Assembly (NCBI GenBank): GCA_965248265.1
Contig: CBDFJF010000002.1
Coordinates: forward strand, 2,240,001 to 2,304,000
Origin: Candidatus Latescibacterota bacterium
GTDB taxonomy: Bacteria > Latescibacterota > UBA2968 > UBA8231
Reading direction: 5' to 3'
Length of the DNA: 64,000 bases
The notes under the pieces are model-generated. The model had not been told where the DNA came from, did no database searches, and saw nothing but the letters and a program-made list of their open reading frames with translations. Shown in pieces: positions 1 to 10,017 of the stretch. Position 1 is the stretch's first letter. Every line of letters begins with the position of its first letter. Position numbers and translations under genes: made by a program.

Positions 1-1260
1 GAAATTGGCGTCTCTTCCCCAGCCGCTGCGCATGACGCAGGTTCCCATCCAGGGATAATAGGACGACTCGTGATCCGGCCGCGGACCGCGCTCCCCGGTG
101 CTCACCACATGTTCGAGTGATGGGTCGGCGCCGAGGTCGATCATGTTCGAGAGGTAGATGTCCGGTTTGCCCTGCTGACCATCTCCCGTCTGCGGACAGA
201 GTCCGTCCGGCCGCCGCATGTCGGCGAGGAACCGGGCTCGCTCGATCATGGCCTCTTGTATGTGGGGCGAACAGCTCCAACCGTTCTTGTCGACCAGCAG
301 CAGCACCTCGAGCCCCGAATTCGAGGAACCAACGGTGTAGCCGAGGGAATTTTCTCTGGCGGAGCCGTCGGGGTAAAAGGCCCCTTCGGGAGCAAAATAG
401 CCACCGCAGCGGTCCAATCCCTTCTCTCTCCAGGCTGGCGAGCGCTCGAACTCGTGCAGGCCGACGCCTATCCACAGCAGGCCGATGCCGTTGTACAGCA
501 GCCCATTCCCGCGCGCCCCTTCGACCGCCTCCATGCATTCGGCGCAGAAGGTACCCAGCCAGTGCGTGAGGGCGCACAGATCCTCCGCCGGCAGATTCTC
601 CCACGAGAGGATGAATGGCAGAAGCTGCTGATAGTTGCGCGCCAGCTGCATATCCGGCACCCACATCCAGTCCGAGCGGTCATCGACGCAGTTGAAGTAG
701 TGCCGGTAAATCCAGACCAGCTTGTCGATGTATTTCTCGTCATCCGTGAGCCAGAAGCTGACGGCCAGGGTCTTGAGGAAGTACTGATAGCACAGCGACA
801 TCGGCCATCGATGCCCCTCGATGGGCGGCACCACTTCCCAATCCCAGTCCGCGCCGAGATCGACGGCACCGTCTGCGTGGTGATACGGAATGAACACCTT
901 GTGCTCGAGGAGCAGATCGGCGAGATCGACAACGGTGTAGGGCGATGGACTGCCTGCGGCCGAGCGCGCCTCGATGTAGCCTTTGCCGGTGTGGATGTGC
1001 TCCTTGACGCGTTCCCGGTCGCGCCACGTGAAACCGAGGGGCGGATCGTCGAGGAAGTCGTAGTAGCTGGTGCGTGAGGCCAGGTCGTTTTCCCCTATTG
1101 ATGCCCAGGGCAGAACAGGTGCCTGCCGATTCCGGTAATAGTCCAGGTAGGCAGCCCCGGCCGCGTCGAGATTGCCCGCCTCAACGGCGACCTTTACTTG
1201 CTCCATTCCCGCTGTGTCGAGATTCAGCAGCGAGAAAATCTCCTTTTCGACTCCCGTCAT
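1..1260 (-). CDS. Heparinase II/III-family polysaccharide lyase-like protein, runs off the left edge (not in ORF track)
   Basis: Manual translation from ATG 1260: MTGVEKEIFSLLNLD...AYLDYYRNR...FYPDGSARENSLGY...RPDGLCPQTGDG...YYPWMGTCVMRSGW; open to the window edge; motifs typical of heparinase II/III. Confidence 0.75.
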   Translation of the reverse strand, partial: MTGVEKEIFSLLNLDTAGMEQVKVAVEAGNLDAAGAAYLDYYRNRQAPVLPWASIGENDLASRTSYYDFLDDPPLGFTWRDRERVKEHIHTGKGYIEARSAAGSPSPYTVVDLADLLLEHKVFIPYHHADGAVDLGADWDWEVVPPIEGHRWPMSLCYQYFLKTLAVSFWLTDDEKYIDKLVWIYRHYFNCVDDRSDWMWVPDMQLARNYQQLLPFILSWENLPAEDLCALTHWLGTFCAECMEAVEGARGNGLLYNGIGLLWIGVGLHEFERSPAWREKGLDRCGGYFAPEGAFYPDGSARENSLGYTVGSSNSGLEVLLLVDKNGWSCSPHIQEAMIERARFLADMRRPDGLCPQTGDGQQGKPDIYLSNMIDLGADPSLEHVVSTGERGPRPDHESSYYPWMGTCVMRSGWGRDANF

Positions 1261-1372
1261 CGGTCTCTGAGCCCGTCGACTATCATGTTCAGACCTCCGT
1301 AAACACGAGTCAGATCGTCGTCGCCGTACCACGCCGCCCACGGAAGCATGACACTTGACAATCCCGGCCCTG

Positions 1373-2671
1373 TCAGAACCGGGCCAACACATCATCAACT
1401 ACCGAAAGCACCTGATCGATATCTCCCCGCGTATGAGCAATGGAGAATCCGTGGTGACATGCCTTGCCACCGTACGGGTGGAAATAAACACCCTTCTCCA
1501 TCGTCTCGCGGCAGAACCGAAGCATCATCTGAACGTCATGGGCTGCCGTGTCTCGGTAACAGGTCACTTCCCGCTCGATGCCGAAGAGGACACCGAACTG
1601 AGAGCCAAAGTGTTGAATTCTCATGGGAATCGCTCGGCGTTGAGCGATCTCGGTCAAGCCGTTGTATAGCACATCCGCCGTCTCACGGATCTGTTTGAAG
1701 AAGGCCGGATCATCGTAGAGCCTAAGTGCCGCAAGCCCCGCAGCGATGCACGGGCTCGTACCGTTGTACGTACCGCTGTGTGCAGCCTTGCCAATCGGAG
1801 TGCAATGCTTCATCAGCTCGCGCCTACCGGCGAAGACACTGATTGGCGTTCCACCGCCCACGCATTTCCCAATCGAGCACGCGTCAGGAGTCACGCCCAG
1901 GTATCCTTGTGCGCAATCTGGTCCAGTCCGAAAGGCCGAGAGGATCTCGTCAAAGATCAACACAATGCCCAACTCGCCGGTCAGGTCTCGTAGCAGCTGC
2001 ATGTATCCCTTTCTCGGATAAATGCATCCACAATTCAGATCTACAGGCTCGCAGATTACGGCTGCCAGCTCACCAGCGTGCTTTCGCAGCGCCAGGATCC
2101 GCTCATCGTTAAAGGGAATGGTCATCGTTAACTCGGAGAGGCGGTGCGGGACTCCTGCAGATTCGGATCCGCTATAGAAAGGAAATTCGCTCGGCAGTGA
2201 ATCAAATGGCGGAAACCCTCCAAAGGTGGCGTAGTCGAGAATCCCGTGATAATGGCCCTCAAACCGAAGTACCTTCTCCTTGCCCGTGGCCGCTCGCGCG
2301 AGCCGCACGCAGTACATCGTGGCTTCGGATCCGCTGTTGGTAAATCTCACCAACTCCGCACAGGGTACCATCGATGTCAGTTTCTCTGCGAACTCGACAT
2401 GTAAGGGGCTGTCGTAACTATTAACCATGCCTCGTTCGAGAACGTCGTGAAGGGCTTCGGTAATGGCGGGATGCGCGTGACCCAGTTGCGACGCGCCGTG
2501 GGAAACGCACATGTCGATGTACTCATTGCCCTCGACATCCCAAATCTGCGCGCCCTTACCACGTTCGAAGTACGTCGGCCGGCTCAATGCTTCGTTGAAC
2601 CGGGCCGCCGCTGATACGCCGGCGACAATGGATCCGCGCGCCCGTTCCCAGAGTTGCTCATTTGTAACCAT
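1373..2671 (-). CDS. Class III PLP aminotransferase (glutamate-1-semialdehyde aminomutase-like)
   Basis: FTNSGSEATM, FEGHYHG, LIFDEILSAFR, SIGKCVGGG (PLP lysine), HSGTYNG. Confidence 0.9.
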   Translation of the reverse strand: MVTNEQLWERARGSIVAGVSAAARFNEALSRPTYFERGKGAQIWDVEGNEYIDMCVSHGASQLGHAHPAITEALHDVLERGMVNSYDSPLHVEFAEKLTSMVPCAELVRFTNSGSEATMYCVRLARAATGKEKVLRFEGHYHGILDYATFGGFPPFDSLPSEFPFYSGSESAGVPHRLSELTMTIPFNDERILALRKHAGELAAVICEPVDLNCGCIYPRKGYMQLLRDLTGELGIVLIFDEILSAFRTGPDCAQGYLGVTPDACSIGKCVGGGTPISVFAGRRELMKHCTPIGKAAHSGTYNGTSPCIAAGLAALRLYDDPAFFKQIRETADVLYNGLTEIAQRRAIPMRIQHFGSQFGVLFGIEREVTCYRDTAAHDVQMMLRFCRETMEKGVYFHPYGGKACHHGFSIAHTRGDIDQVLSVVDDVLARF

Positions 2672-2719
2672 GACGTCACCTACATGGTCTTCTCGATTGC
2701 GGCCAGTAGCCTCATCAGT

Positions 2720-3115
2720 GCCAGCTCGATCGGCTGAATCACAGTTGTCGAGATCGGCGCGAAATTCGGTCGAAACGACGCAGGACTTTTGATACCTACG
2801 ACCTTGTACTCGGCCGGATCAAGACCCGTGCAGCAGTAGAGTCCGGATTCGCTGCACATTACAGGCCTCCGAGCCGCCAAAATATGAATGTTCCTGATTC
2901 GGAGCACGACCGCACCGCCCATGTCCTGCTCGAGTCCTGTGAAGTACTTCAACAATGGCCGCCGCACGGAATGGACTGGTAAACCGACGATCGCAACCCT
3001 CGCCGAAAACAACCTGCGTCTTCTCGCCCAATTGGCTGCGGGCCGTCTGCTCCACCAATGCCAGATCGCACGTGAATACAAGCGACTTGGAGCGGATCCG
3101 GTTGAAAGCAGCCAC
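2720..3115 (-). pseudogene. MlrC/M81 metallopeptidase C-terminal fragment, frameshifted
   Basis: DMGGAVVLRI...GLDPAEYKVVGIKSPASFRPNFAPI resembles MlrC_C; no N-terminal domain; pieces in different frames. Confidence 0.65.
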
Positions 3116-3202
3116 TTCAGCGTATAGTTTGTGATGCTCGGCATGAATATATCAGATGCACAACATCCGGTCAGCCGATAGACATACATTCGAGGAGAGA
3201 CC

Positions 3203-3925
3203 ATGCGGTGTATTTTCGCAGGTATCGAGTACGCGGGAAAATCGACGCTTATAGGGCTGCTCGCCCAGTACTACAAGAGGCGCGGCCGGCGAGTTCACGC
3301 CGACGATCATTTCTCCATCCCGGATTCGACCTTGAGTCCCGACTCACAGGCGGCCATGGTGGGATACCCGCAGGATGTGAGGGAGCGCATGCAGCGCATG
3401 CAGATCCAGTACCACATCGAAGTCATCAAGAATCACGAGAACGTGCTGCTAGGTGGATGGCACATCGAGGAGTACGTCTACTCTTCCGTCTACGGACAGG
3501 ACCCGTCGAGTGCGTACTACCCCAACTATTCGTACGGCGTGCAGCGCGTGTACGAATCGCGCGTTCTGGAAGAACGCTTACCCGACACCGTCCTCGTCCA
3601 CCTCAGCGCCAGCGACGAAGCGATCGTCGGGCGAATGAGAGGCCAGCCTCACCAATACCAAGTCATTCGAGAGAAGGACATCCCGGATTTGAAGAAGCGT
3701 TTCGATGAGGAGGTGGGACGCTCGCTTTTTTGCTGGGGTAACCGAAGACTCGACATGGATACGACGGACAAGACACCGCAGGAGTCCCTGGACGAGTTGC
3801 TAGAGCGCTCTGAACCACTCGTTACGGCCGGAGAAATCGCCATGCGGGCGCTGCCGGTTCCGGAGGGAGGCTTCGAGGTCCGCTACAGAGACGGCGTGCG
3901 CGAAGTCGTGCAGTCGAAAGCGTGA
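3203..3925 (+). CDS. P-loop nucleoside/nucleotide kinase-like protein (thymidylate kinase-like fold)
   Basis: N-terminal IFAGIEYAGKSTL Walker A; VLVHLSASDEAIVGRM; DTTDKTPQE; RBS GAGGAG. Confidence 0.7.
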   Translation: MRCIFAGIEYAGKSTLIGLLAQYYKRRGRRVHADDHFSIPDSTLSPDSQAAMVGYPQDVRERMQRMQIQYHIEVIKNHENVLLGGWHIEEYVYSSVYGQDPSSAYYPNYSYGVQRVYESRVLEERLPDTVLVHLSASDEAIVGRMRGQPHQYQVIREKDIPDLKKRFDEEVGRSLFCWGNRRLDMDTTDKTPQESLDELLERSEPLVTAGEIAMRALPVPEGGFEVRYRDGVREVVQSKA

Positions 3926-4001
3926 TCGAATTGCCCGCTACTGATGGGACTGGTGCCCCAAAAATCAAAGGTCTTCAATTAAACGTTCTCCCGTCGCGCG
4001 C

Positions 4002-4835
4002 TCACTCTGCAAGATGCCGGAACAGGGGTTTCACCTCGTCGCTCAGCGCCGCGAAGACGTCCTTGGGAATTCGGGAAAGGTTCGCAGCCTTCCCTGCCCT
4101 CTCCACCACCATGCTCATGTTCTCGGGCGTACCCTCAATCTCGGGATTCAGATTGATCCACCAGGGTCCATAGCGGACCGAAATGGCGACGCGTGGCTCG
4201 GTGCTGCGGTTCGGCGCCACTGCGTGCCAGAGTCGGCTGTCATAGATCAAGACGCTGCCCGGATCGCCGGTAGCGGAAACCTCGGTGAGATATGGAGCAT
4301 CCCGATCGACGCCGTTGTCCCCGGAAGGGTTGTTGCTGGATCGATGGCTTCCAGGCACCAAGAAGGTGCCGCCGTTCTCGGCGTTGAATGGTGTCAGCAT
4401 CCAGATGGTGCTCAGATGCATCAGTGTGTCGGGATAGGGAGCCTCGATCCGTGCCGAGTTCGTCTGGTTGTAGGGCCAGTCGGCGTGCCAGTATCCGCGA
4501 TCGTTACCTGGATGGGTGACGATCCCGCCGGCGCTCGAGATCCGCACGTCCGGGCCGAAGAAAGCCTCTGCCGTTCCGAGAACGCGGGGATCAGCCAGGT
4601 AGGCTGCGAATTCCTGAGTCGAGTTGATCAGAGACGTGCTGAAGGTGACCCCTTGAGCACCGACCCGATGTCCTTTGCTACGGATCTCTTCTTGGCGGCG
4701 CTGATTGATTTCTGCTTCACGCGCGTGGACTCGAAGCACACCTTGTTTGACACCATCGATCTGGTCGTCGGGAATGACGTCCTCGATCACGCAGAAGCCG
4801 TCCAGCTTGATGTGGTTTACTATGGTTTCGACCAT
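4002..4835 (-). CDS. Phytanoyl-CoA dioxygenase (PhyH) family
   Basis: WHADWP (HxD), NGGTFLVPGSH, DSRLWHA, PRVA. Confidence 0.9.
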   Translation of the reverse strand: MVETIVNHIKLDGFCVIEDVIPDDQIDGVKQGVLRVHAREAEINQRRQEEIRSKGHRVGAQGVTFSTSLINSTQEFAAYLADPRVLGTAEAFFGPDVRISSAGGIVTHPGNDRGYWHADWPYNQTNSARIEAPYPDTLMHLSTIWMLTPFNAENGGTFLVPGSHRSSNNPSGDNGVDRDAPYLTEVSATGDPGSVLIYDSRLWHAVAPNRSTEPRVAISVRYGPWWINLNPEIEGTPENMSMVVERAGKAANLSRIPKDVFAALSDEVKPLFRHLAE

Positions 4836-4848
4836 GCTGTCCTGAGTT

Positions 4849-5676
4849 TCATGAAGTGAATGGAAGAACAGCGTCGCGCATCTTGATCGTCTCTGTCATA
4901 ACATCGCACTTGTCCATGTCCCAGAATTCTTCGTGTTCGTACTCCAGAGTCGCGTAACCATCGTACCCGGTGTCCTGCAGGCGGCGCATCAGATCTGGAA
5001 AGTTGATCTCGCCTTCATCCCAGCGCGCTTGAATCTTTTTGTTGGCCCCCTGGCGCAGGTGCACGTGCCCGGCGTAGGGCAGCAGTGCATGCAGTTCGTC
5101 TTCCTTGTGGCCGATCGAGACGCAGTGAGCGTAGTCGATGCAGATCTTCAGATCCGGGTTCTGTTCCAGGAATTTCAGGGTTTCGTCCGGCCGCTCTATG
5201 ACCGACTCCCGGTGTGGCTCGAACACCATTTCGATACCGACGGCCGTCGTGATCTCAGCCGCGGCATGCAGTTCATCGGCGGCGATGCATTGCGAATCCT
5301 CGCGACTCATGCCCTCGTTCTCGACTCCGGGAAGCAGGGTAAGCGATTTCAGGCTGGCAGCGGCGCAGAAATCGGCGATGTGCCTGATCCGGTCCCTGTT
5401 CCGTTCGCGCACGGTGGCATCGGACGAATTGATAGCATTATCGCCAAACCCCTCACCCAGCAGGACGATCAGGTTGATTAGCTCGATGTCGAGATCCCGC
5501 ACTTTTTTCGCCTGGCCCTGCGGATCGGCCCTCAGGCTGTCGGCCGTCAGCGCCGCGCCCGGCATGGCGATCAGGTCCATGGCTTCGACTCCAAGCGCCT
5601 TGTAAATACTGGCCGATTCGGCGAAGGAGGCTCCGACCCATGTCCACTGAGCTCCTGCCAGCACGATCTTGCTCAT
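4849..5676 (-). CDS. Sugar phosphate isomerase/epimerase (xylose isomerase-like TIM barrel)
   Basis: FEPH, IDYAH, HVHLRQ, GYDGYATLEYE metal-binding motifs. Confidence 0.85.
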   Translation of the reverse strand: MSKIVLAGAQWTWVGASFAESASIYKALGVEAMDLIAMPGAALTADSLRADPQGQAKKVRDLDIELINLIVLLGEGFGDNAINSSDATVRERNRDRIRHIADFCAAASLKSLTLLPGVENEGMSREDSQCIAADELHAAAEITTAVGIEMVFEPHRESVIERPDETLKFLEQNPDLKICIDYAHCVSIGHKEDELHALLPYAGHVHLRQGANKKIQARWDEGEINFPDLMRRLQDTGYDGYATLEYEHEEFWDMDKCDVMTETIKMRDAVLPFTS

Positions 5677-5720
5677 TGCTCATCCCTGTGAAATTGTATG
5701 TGCAGTCAGTCCCGTTTTAT

Positions 5721-6530
5721 TCATCCCGTCCCCGGAACTGCTGCCGTGCTCGTCATGCCGCCGTCCACATCCAGCGCCGTACCGGTGATGAAAGCGGAGG
5801 AGTCTTGTATGAAAAACAGGATGGCGTTGACGACATCGTCCTCGGAGCAATTGCGCCCCAGGGGAATATCCACAGCCGTGGCAGCCTTCACCTGCTCGGG
5901 TGAGAGTCCGGTCGCTTTCGTTTTCCATTCGAGGACGAATTCGCCCATACCAGTAGTCGGACAACCGACGGGACAGACGCAGTTGACGGTCACCCCGTCG
6001 TCGGCCAGCTCGCCGGCGATCGACTTCGTCAGGCCGACGACCCCGAATTTGGCTGCCACATAGGATGTGACCATCGGCCAACCGATTTTCGAAGCGTCCG
6101 AACCGATGTTGACGATGCGCCCACGGCCACTCGCGCACAACAGCGGGGCCGACCTTTGTGAGCACAGGAAGGTCCCCTTGAGGTCGACGTCGATGGTGCG
6201 ATCCCACTCCTCTTCCGCCGTGTCGACGAACCTCGAAAACTCCAGGATACCGGCGCAATTCACGAGTGTATCAAGCCCGCCGAATGCATCCTGGCATGCG
6301 GCCACTGCTGCTTCTACTGAAGACGTGGACGTGACGTCCAGGCGCAACGTCAGCAGGCGATCGTTATCGAGGGTCGCGGCAGCGCTTTGCAGCTTGCCTT
6401 CATCGACATCGCCGATGGCAACCTGAGCCCCCTGGTTGAGCAAGGCACGGGCGGTTGCACAGCCGAAACCACTGGCACCGCCGGTGATGAGGGCTCGCCG
6501 GGGTCGGTCCTGAGAATTTGCGTTGGTCAT
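5721..6530 (-). CDS. SDR family NAD(P)-dependent oxidoreductase
   Basis: ITGGASGFG, VNCAG, YVAAK, VNCVCP, DGG; start placed at MTNANSQ. Confidence 0.92.
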   Translation of the reverse strand: MTNANSQDRPRRALITGGASGFGCATARALLNQGAQVAIGDVDEGKLQSAAATLDNDRLLTLRLDVTSTSSVEAAVAACQDAFGGLDTLVNCAGILEFSRFVDTAEEEWDRTIDVDLKGTFLCSQRSAPLLCASGRGRIVNIGSDASKIGWPMVTSYVAAKFGVVGLTKSIAGELADDGVTVNCVCPVGCPTTGMGEFVLEWKTKATGLSPEQVKAATAVDIPLGRNCSEDDVVNAILFFIQDSSAFITGTALDVDGGMTSTAAVPGTG

Positions 6531-6624
6531 GTTCTCTGACACGGGTGCAGATGGGCGGTGCATCTGATTGTCTCGCGTGAGAAATCTAATGACACTCAGG
6601 TTACGTTCCAACCCTGGTAAGCGT

Positions 6625-7488
6625 TTAAATCCCTACGCCGAACTCGCTCTCGAACTCCACCCAGATCTCCGCCGGAACCCCCTGCGTGGCTGCTTTGTAG
6701 GCGTCCTCGAGTTGGCTGCGGTTCGCCGGCCCACTCATGACGATACCGTCAATCGGCGCGTCGAGACAGAACTCCATCGCCAGGTGTTTGATGTCGACGC
6801 CGTTCTCCTGACACCACTGCCACATGGCGTGCGCGCGTGGTTTTTCGATCCTATCCGGTTCGACTCCGGTCAGACTTCCCATGCCGAACACACTGGCCAG
6901 GATCAGCCCGACGCCGTGTTGCTTGGCCAGAGGCATGGTCGTGCGCGCGACCGACTGGTTGAGCAGCGTGTAGTCCAGAAAAGTCAGAACGACTTCGGCG
7001 TGGCCGGCTTCGATGGCGGCTCGGTGGAAGTCTTGCTCGCGTACGCCCAGGCCGAGGTGCCGTACCAGTCCCTCCGCTTTCATTTTTTGCAACTCGTCAA
7101 AAGCCCGGTCGGGACCCAGGGGATCCTCGATCGTGAGCGGATCGTGGACCAGGACCGAATCAAGGTAGTCCACTCGCAGCTGGCGCAGGCTGTTTTCAAC
7201 GCTCCAGCGGGTCGCCTCTGCCGAGAAATCCTTCGGCCGGTCGGGGTGCGGACCCACCTTCGCTTGCAGGTAAAAGGTCGAACGCTCAACACCTGATAGG
7301 GCCTGACCCCAACGCTCTTCACCTCGGCCAGCGTAGGTGTCGAAGAAGTCGATACCCAGCTCGAGAGCACGCTCGACCGTGGCGATTGTCTCAGCCTCTG
7401 GGGCCTGACTGACAAACGCGGCGCCCATGCCCAGCGCTCGCGGCCGCATCTCTGTCCTGCCCATTCGTCTTCGTGGTAGTTCGATCAA
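6625..7488 (-). CDS. Aldo/keto reductase
   Basis: GIDFFDTY, AKVG, SLRQLRVDYLDSVLVH, GLVRHLGLG. Confidence 0.9.
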   Translation of the reverse strand: MIELPRRRMGRTEMRPRALGMGAAFVSQAPEAETIATVERALELGIDFFDTYAGRGEERWGQALSGVERSTFYLQAKVGPHPDRPKDFSAEATRWSVENSLRQLRVDYLDSVLVHDPLTIEDPLGPDRAFDELQKMKAEGLVRHLGLGVREQDFHRAAIEAGHAEVVLTFLDYTLLNQSVARTTMPLAKQHGVGLILASVFGMGSLTGVEPDRIEKPRAHAMWQWCQENGVDIKHLAMEFCLDAPIDGIVMSGPANRSQLEDAYKAATQGVPAEIWVEFESEFGVGI

Positions 7489-7678
7489 TCAGGATCCCTC
7501 CTGCGGTCGCGAGCGAGTGGCGCTGAGGCAACCGCCGACGGTGTGATCAACTTGCTTCCGACCGTGGGACTGATCGATCGTCGTACTGCCGCCGAAAACG
7601 GTATCGTGAATTCGTGTCGCAGTGTGGTGAGGAATGGGCCCGAGGGTAGACGTGCTCAAGGTCAGGACCGGATTGACC

Positions 7679-8290
7679 TTATGACATACGGTTGGCCTTG
7701 GGTGAGCCGACCACGTAGTCGCCGCCGCTGGCCTTGGCTTGGTAGAGGCGGTCGCAGAGTTCGTTGTAGAGCTTGTCCGTCGTCTCGCTGATCTTCACTT
7801 TATCTATCTCACCAGTTATTTCGGCCGTGCCTACGCTACACGTCATACCCTTGAATTCAACCCCGTCGACGCTGAAGCTCTCATCTCTAAACAGATTTTT
7901 TACCGTCGCGGCACGACGCTTGGCATAGCCTTCGGTTTTAGTCGGGATCACGATGGCGAAGTTGGCGCCGTCGCAATGGTAGAGACGCTCACCGGACTCG
8001 AGTTGGTTCTTAAAAAATTGAGAAAACTGTTGGATGAGGTGGTCGCCAACGACCCGGCCATGGCCTTGGTTAATATCGCCGAGTTTATCGGGACAGATCA
8101 GCATGCAGGCGAGGGCGAAGGTCGAGCCCTTGTCCTTGATCAGCTCTTTGGGCAAGACGACCTGGAAGAGCATCAGATTGTTGGGCAACTTGGATAGACG
8201 GTTGACACCAGCCAACCGCATCCACTTCCGGTTTTCTTCCTCGAGTCGTTGGACGCGGGCTTTGAGCTGATTGAGAGATTGCTCGGCCAT
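7679..8290 (-). CDS. Degenerate GGDEF-domain protein with N-terminal coiled coil
   Basis: LSKLPN, INQGHGRVVGDHLI, LYQAKASG align with the GGDEF fold, but the active-site motif reads CDGANF. Confidence 0.8.
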   Translation of the reverse strand: MAEQSLNQLKARVQRLEEENRKWMRLAGVNRLSKLPNNLMLFQVVLPKELIKDKGSTFALACMLICPDKLGDINQGHGRVVGDHLIQQFSQFFKNQLESGERLYHCDGANFAIVIPTKTEGYAKRRAATVKNLFRDESFSVDGVEFKGMTCSVGTAEITGEIDKVKISETTDKLYNELCDRLYQAKASGGDYVVGSPKANRMS

Positions 8291-8449
8291 GGAGTTCTCG
8301 TTTGCGCTCTGCCTTGCGGATTACTGACACCGATGACGAGAATATATCGCTGCTGATGGCGTGCATCAAGATGTGATCGAGCGCAAGGAAGCGCATCCCT
8401 ATCAGGGCTCTTGAGGGCGCCATCCTCTATCAGCAAGAGCCCGAAGCAT

Positions 8450-9880
8450 TCACTGGCCGAACCCTCGAAAGCCAGGAACGACTCCCAATTCCTCGCGCAG
8501 CCCAAGGCATTCCACCTCCCACTGATCCACGCGCCGCCGCAGATCCGAGACCTCCGGCGGCTCCCGGCGCTTCCCGCTGCCGACCAGGTTCACTAGTTCC
8601 CCCGGATCCTGGAGCAAGTCGTAGGCCTCGTCACCGTAGTCTGGGTCTCGAACGTAGGAGAATGCCGCGGTGCGTACCCCCTGTACAAGCCCGGGATGCC
8701 TGCCGGCCAGCGGCAGGCCCGACGGCATCGTGGTCCCCAGCGAGCCGTGATACTCACCGACTTGAGCGAATACCGCATCGCGGAGAGGTCCGCGCAACCC
8801 GCCCCGGAGCCATGAAACCAGATCGTGGCCCTGCGCGTACGCGGGGACCGGTGCACCGGCGAGCGTCAGTATGGTCGGGAACAGGTCCACGTGGTCTACC
8901 AAGCCGGTAACCCTGCCGCCTCTGTTCCACTGGATATTCGCGGGAGGAACGATGATCAGCGGAACGTGAAGCAGACACTCGTACAGGGATTCGGTCTTGG
9001 TGAAGAGACCTTTCTCGCCGGCATAGTCGCCGTGATCAGAGCCGATAATGATCCAGGTGTTCTCGAGCAGTCCTCGTCGACCCATCTCTTCGCACAGGCG
9101 GCGCATCTGCGCATCGGCGTAGGCCAACATTCCCAGGTATACTGCCACCATCTTCACGATGTCGTTTTCAGTCGCCTTCTCCGTCCCCATCTGCTCGCGG
9201 GCCATGATCTGCCACTCTGGCCGGCCGCTCCCACCTTGCGCCGGAAGATCTACCGAGTCAGTCCGCACGAGGGTGTCATACGGTGGACTCGCAAAGTAGG
9301 GAGGATGCGCCTCGAGCAAGGCGAGGTGCAGGAAGTAGGGCGCGTCCGTCGATTCGATGCCGTCCAGTGCCTCGATGGTCCTGGAGACCAGCCGGTGGGC
9401 ATGGCCCTCCTCCGGGGGATATTCCAGGGTGCCTGAGGACCACCCGACGTCCGAGTCTCCGTGTGAATACCAGAGCTTGAGTGCCTCGCCGACCGGGCCG
9501 TTCTCCTTCATGCTGATCTGCTCCTGCCATCCGCGCGTCAGCTCCCTGTCGTGCTCGTAGTGTCCCACCGCCGCGGTGTAGTAGCCCTGGCTGTCGAGCA
9601 GCTCGGAGAGCTGCGGCAGATTGTCCGGTGCCCGGTTCTGGTGACAGGTCACCTGGTGGACCAGGGGATGAACACCGGTGAACACCGACGCTCGGGAGGG
9701 CGTGCAGATGGGGCTGGTGGAGTAGGCCTGCTCGAACGACGTCCCCCGAGCTGCCATGGCGGTCATGAACGGGGTCGGAAAATGAACCCCGGAGGCCGAG
9801 GCCTTTTGCTGGTCGGTCATCAGGTAGAGGATATTGGGACGGTTGCCTGCCCCGCGTCCGCGGCTGCGCTCAGGGGCCAT
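8450..9880 (-). CDS. Cys-type sulfatase (S1), cytoplasmic
   Basis: PNILYLMTDQ, CTPSRAS (CxPxR), HPP, SDHGD, YDLLQDPGE. Confidence 0.93.
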   Translation of the reverse strand: MAPERSRGRGAGNRPNILYLMTDQQKASASGVHFPTPFMTAMAARGTSFEQAYSTSPICTPSRASVFTGVHPLVHQVTCHQNRAPDNLPQLSELLDSQGYYTAAVGHYEHDRELTRGWQEQISMKENGPVGEALKLWYSHGDSDVGWSSGTLEYPPEEGHAHRLVSRTIEALDGIESTDAPYFLHLALLEAHPPYFASPPYDTLVRTDSVDLPAQGGSGRPEWQIMAREQMGTEKATENDIVKMVAVYLGMLAYADAQMRRLCEEMGRRGLLENTWIIIGSDHGDYAGEKGLFTKTESLYECLLHVPLIIVPPANIQWNRGGRVTGLVDHVDLFPTILTLAGAPVPAYAQGHDLVSWLRGGLRGPLRDAVFAQVGEYHGSLGTTMPSGLPLAGRHPGLVQGVRTAAFSYVRDPDYGDEAYDLLQDPGELVNLVGSGKRREPPEVSDLRRRVDQWEVECLGLREELGVVPGFRGFGQ

Positions 9881-10017
9881 TTTCAGCTATTCCTTTGGCA
9901 AACTTGGTTCAAAAACACCCGCCGAGCACCCCCGCGTGCGACCGCCGTGCTGAGCGGCCCGAGGGCACGCATGCGCCAGGTCTAGCTGATCATACACACT
10001 ACTCGGTTTGCTGCGCG

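Noticed and set aside
256-1077. 273-aa plus-strand ORF and many similar long antisense ORFs (e.g. 4014, 26755, 37383, 47564, 55454)
   Set aside because: Shadow frames of real opposite-strand genes in GC-rich DNA; no recognisable motifs
1373-2671. Calling the gene hemL
   Set aside because: Divergent motifs and no tetrapyrrole genes nearby; likely a catabolic paralog
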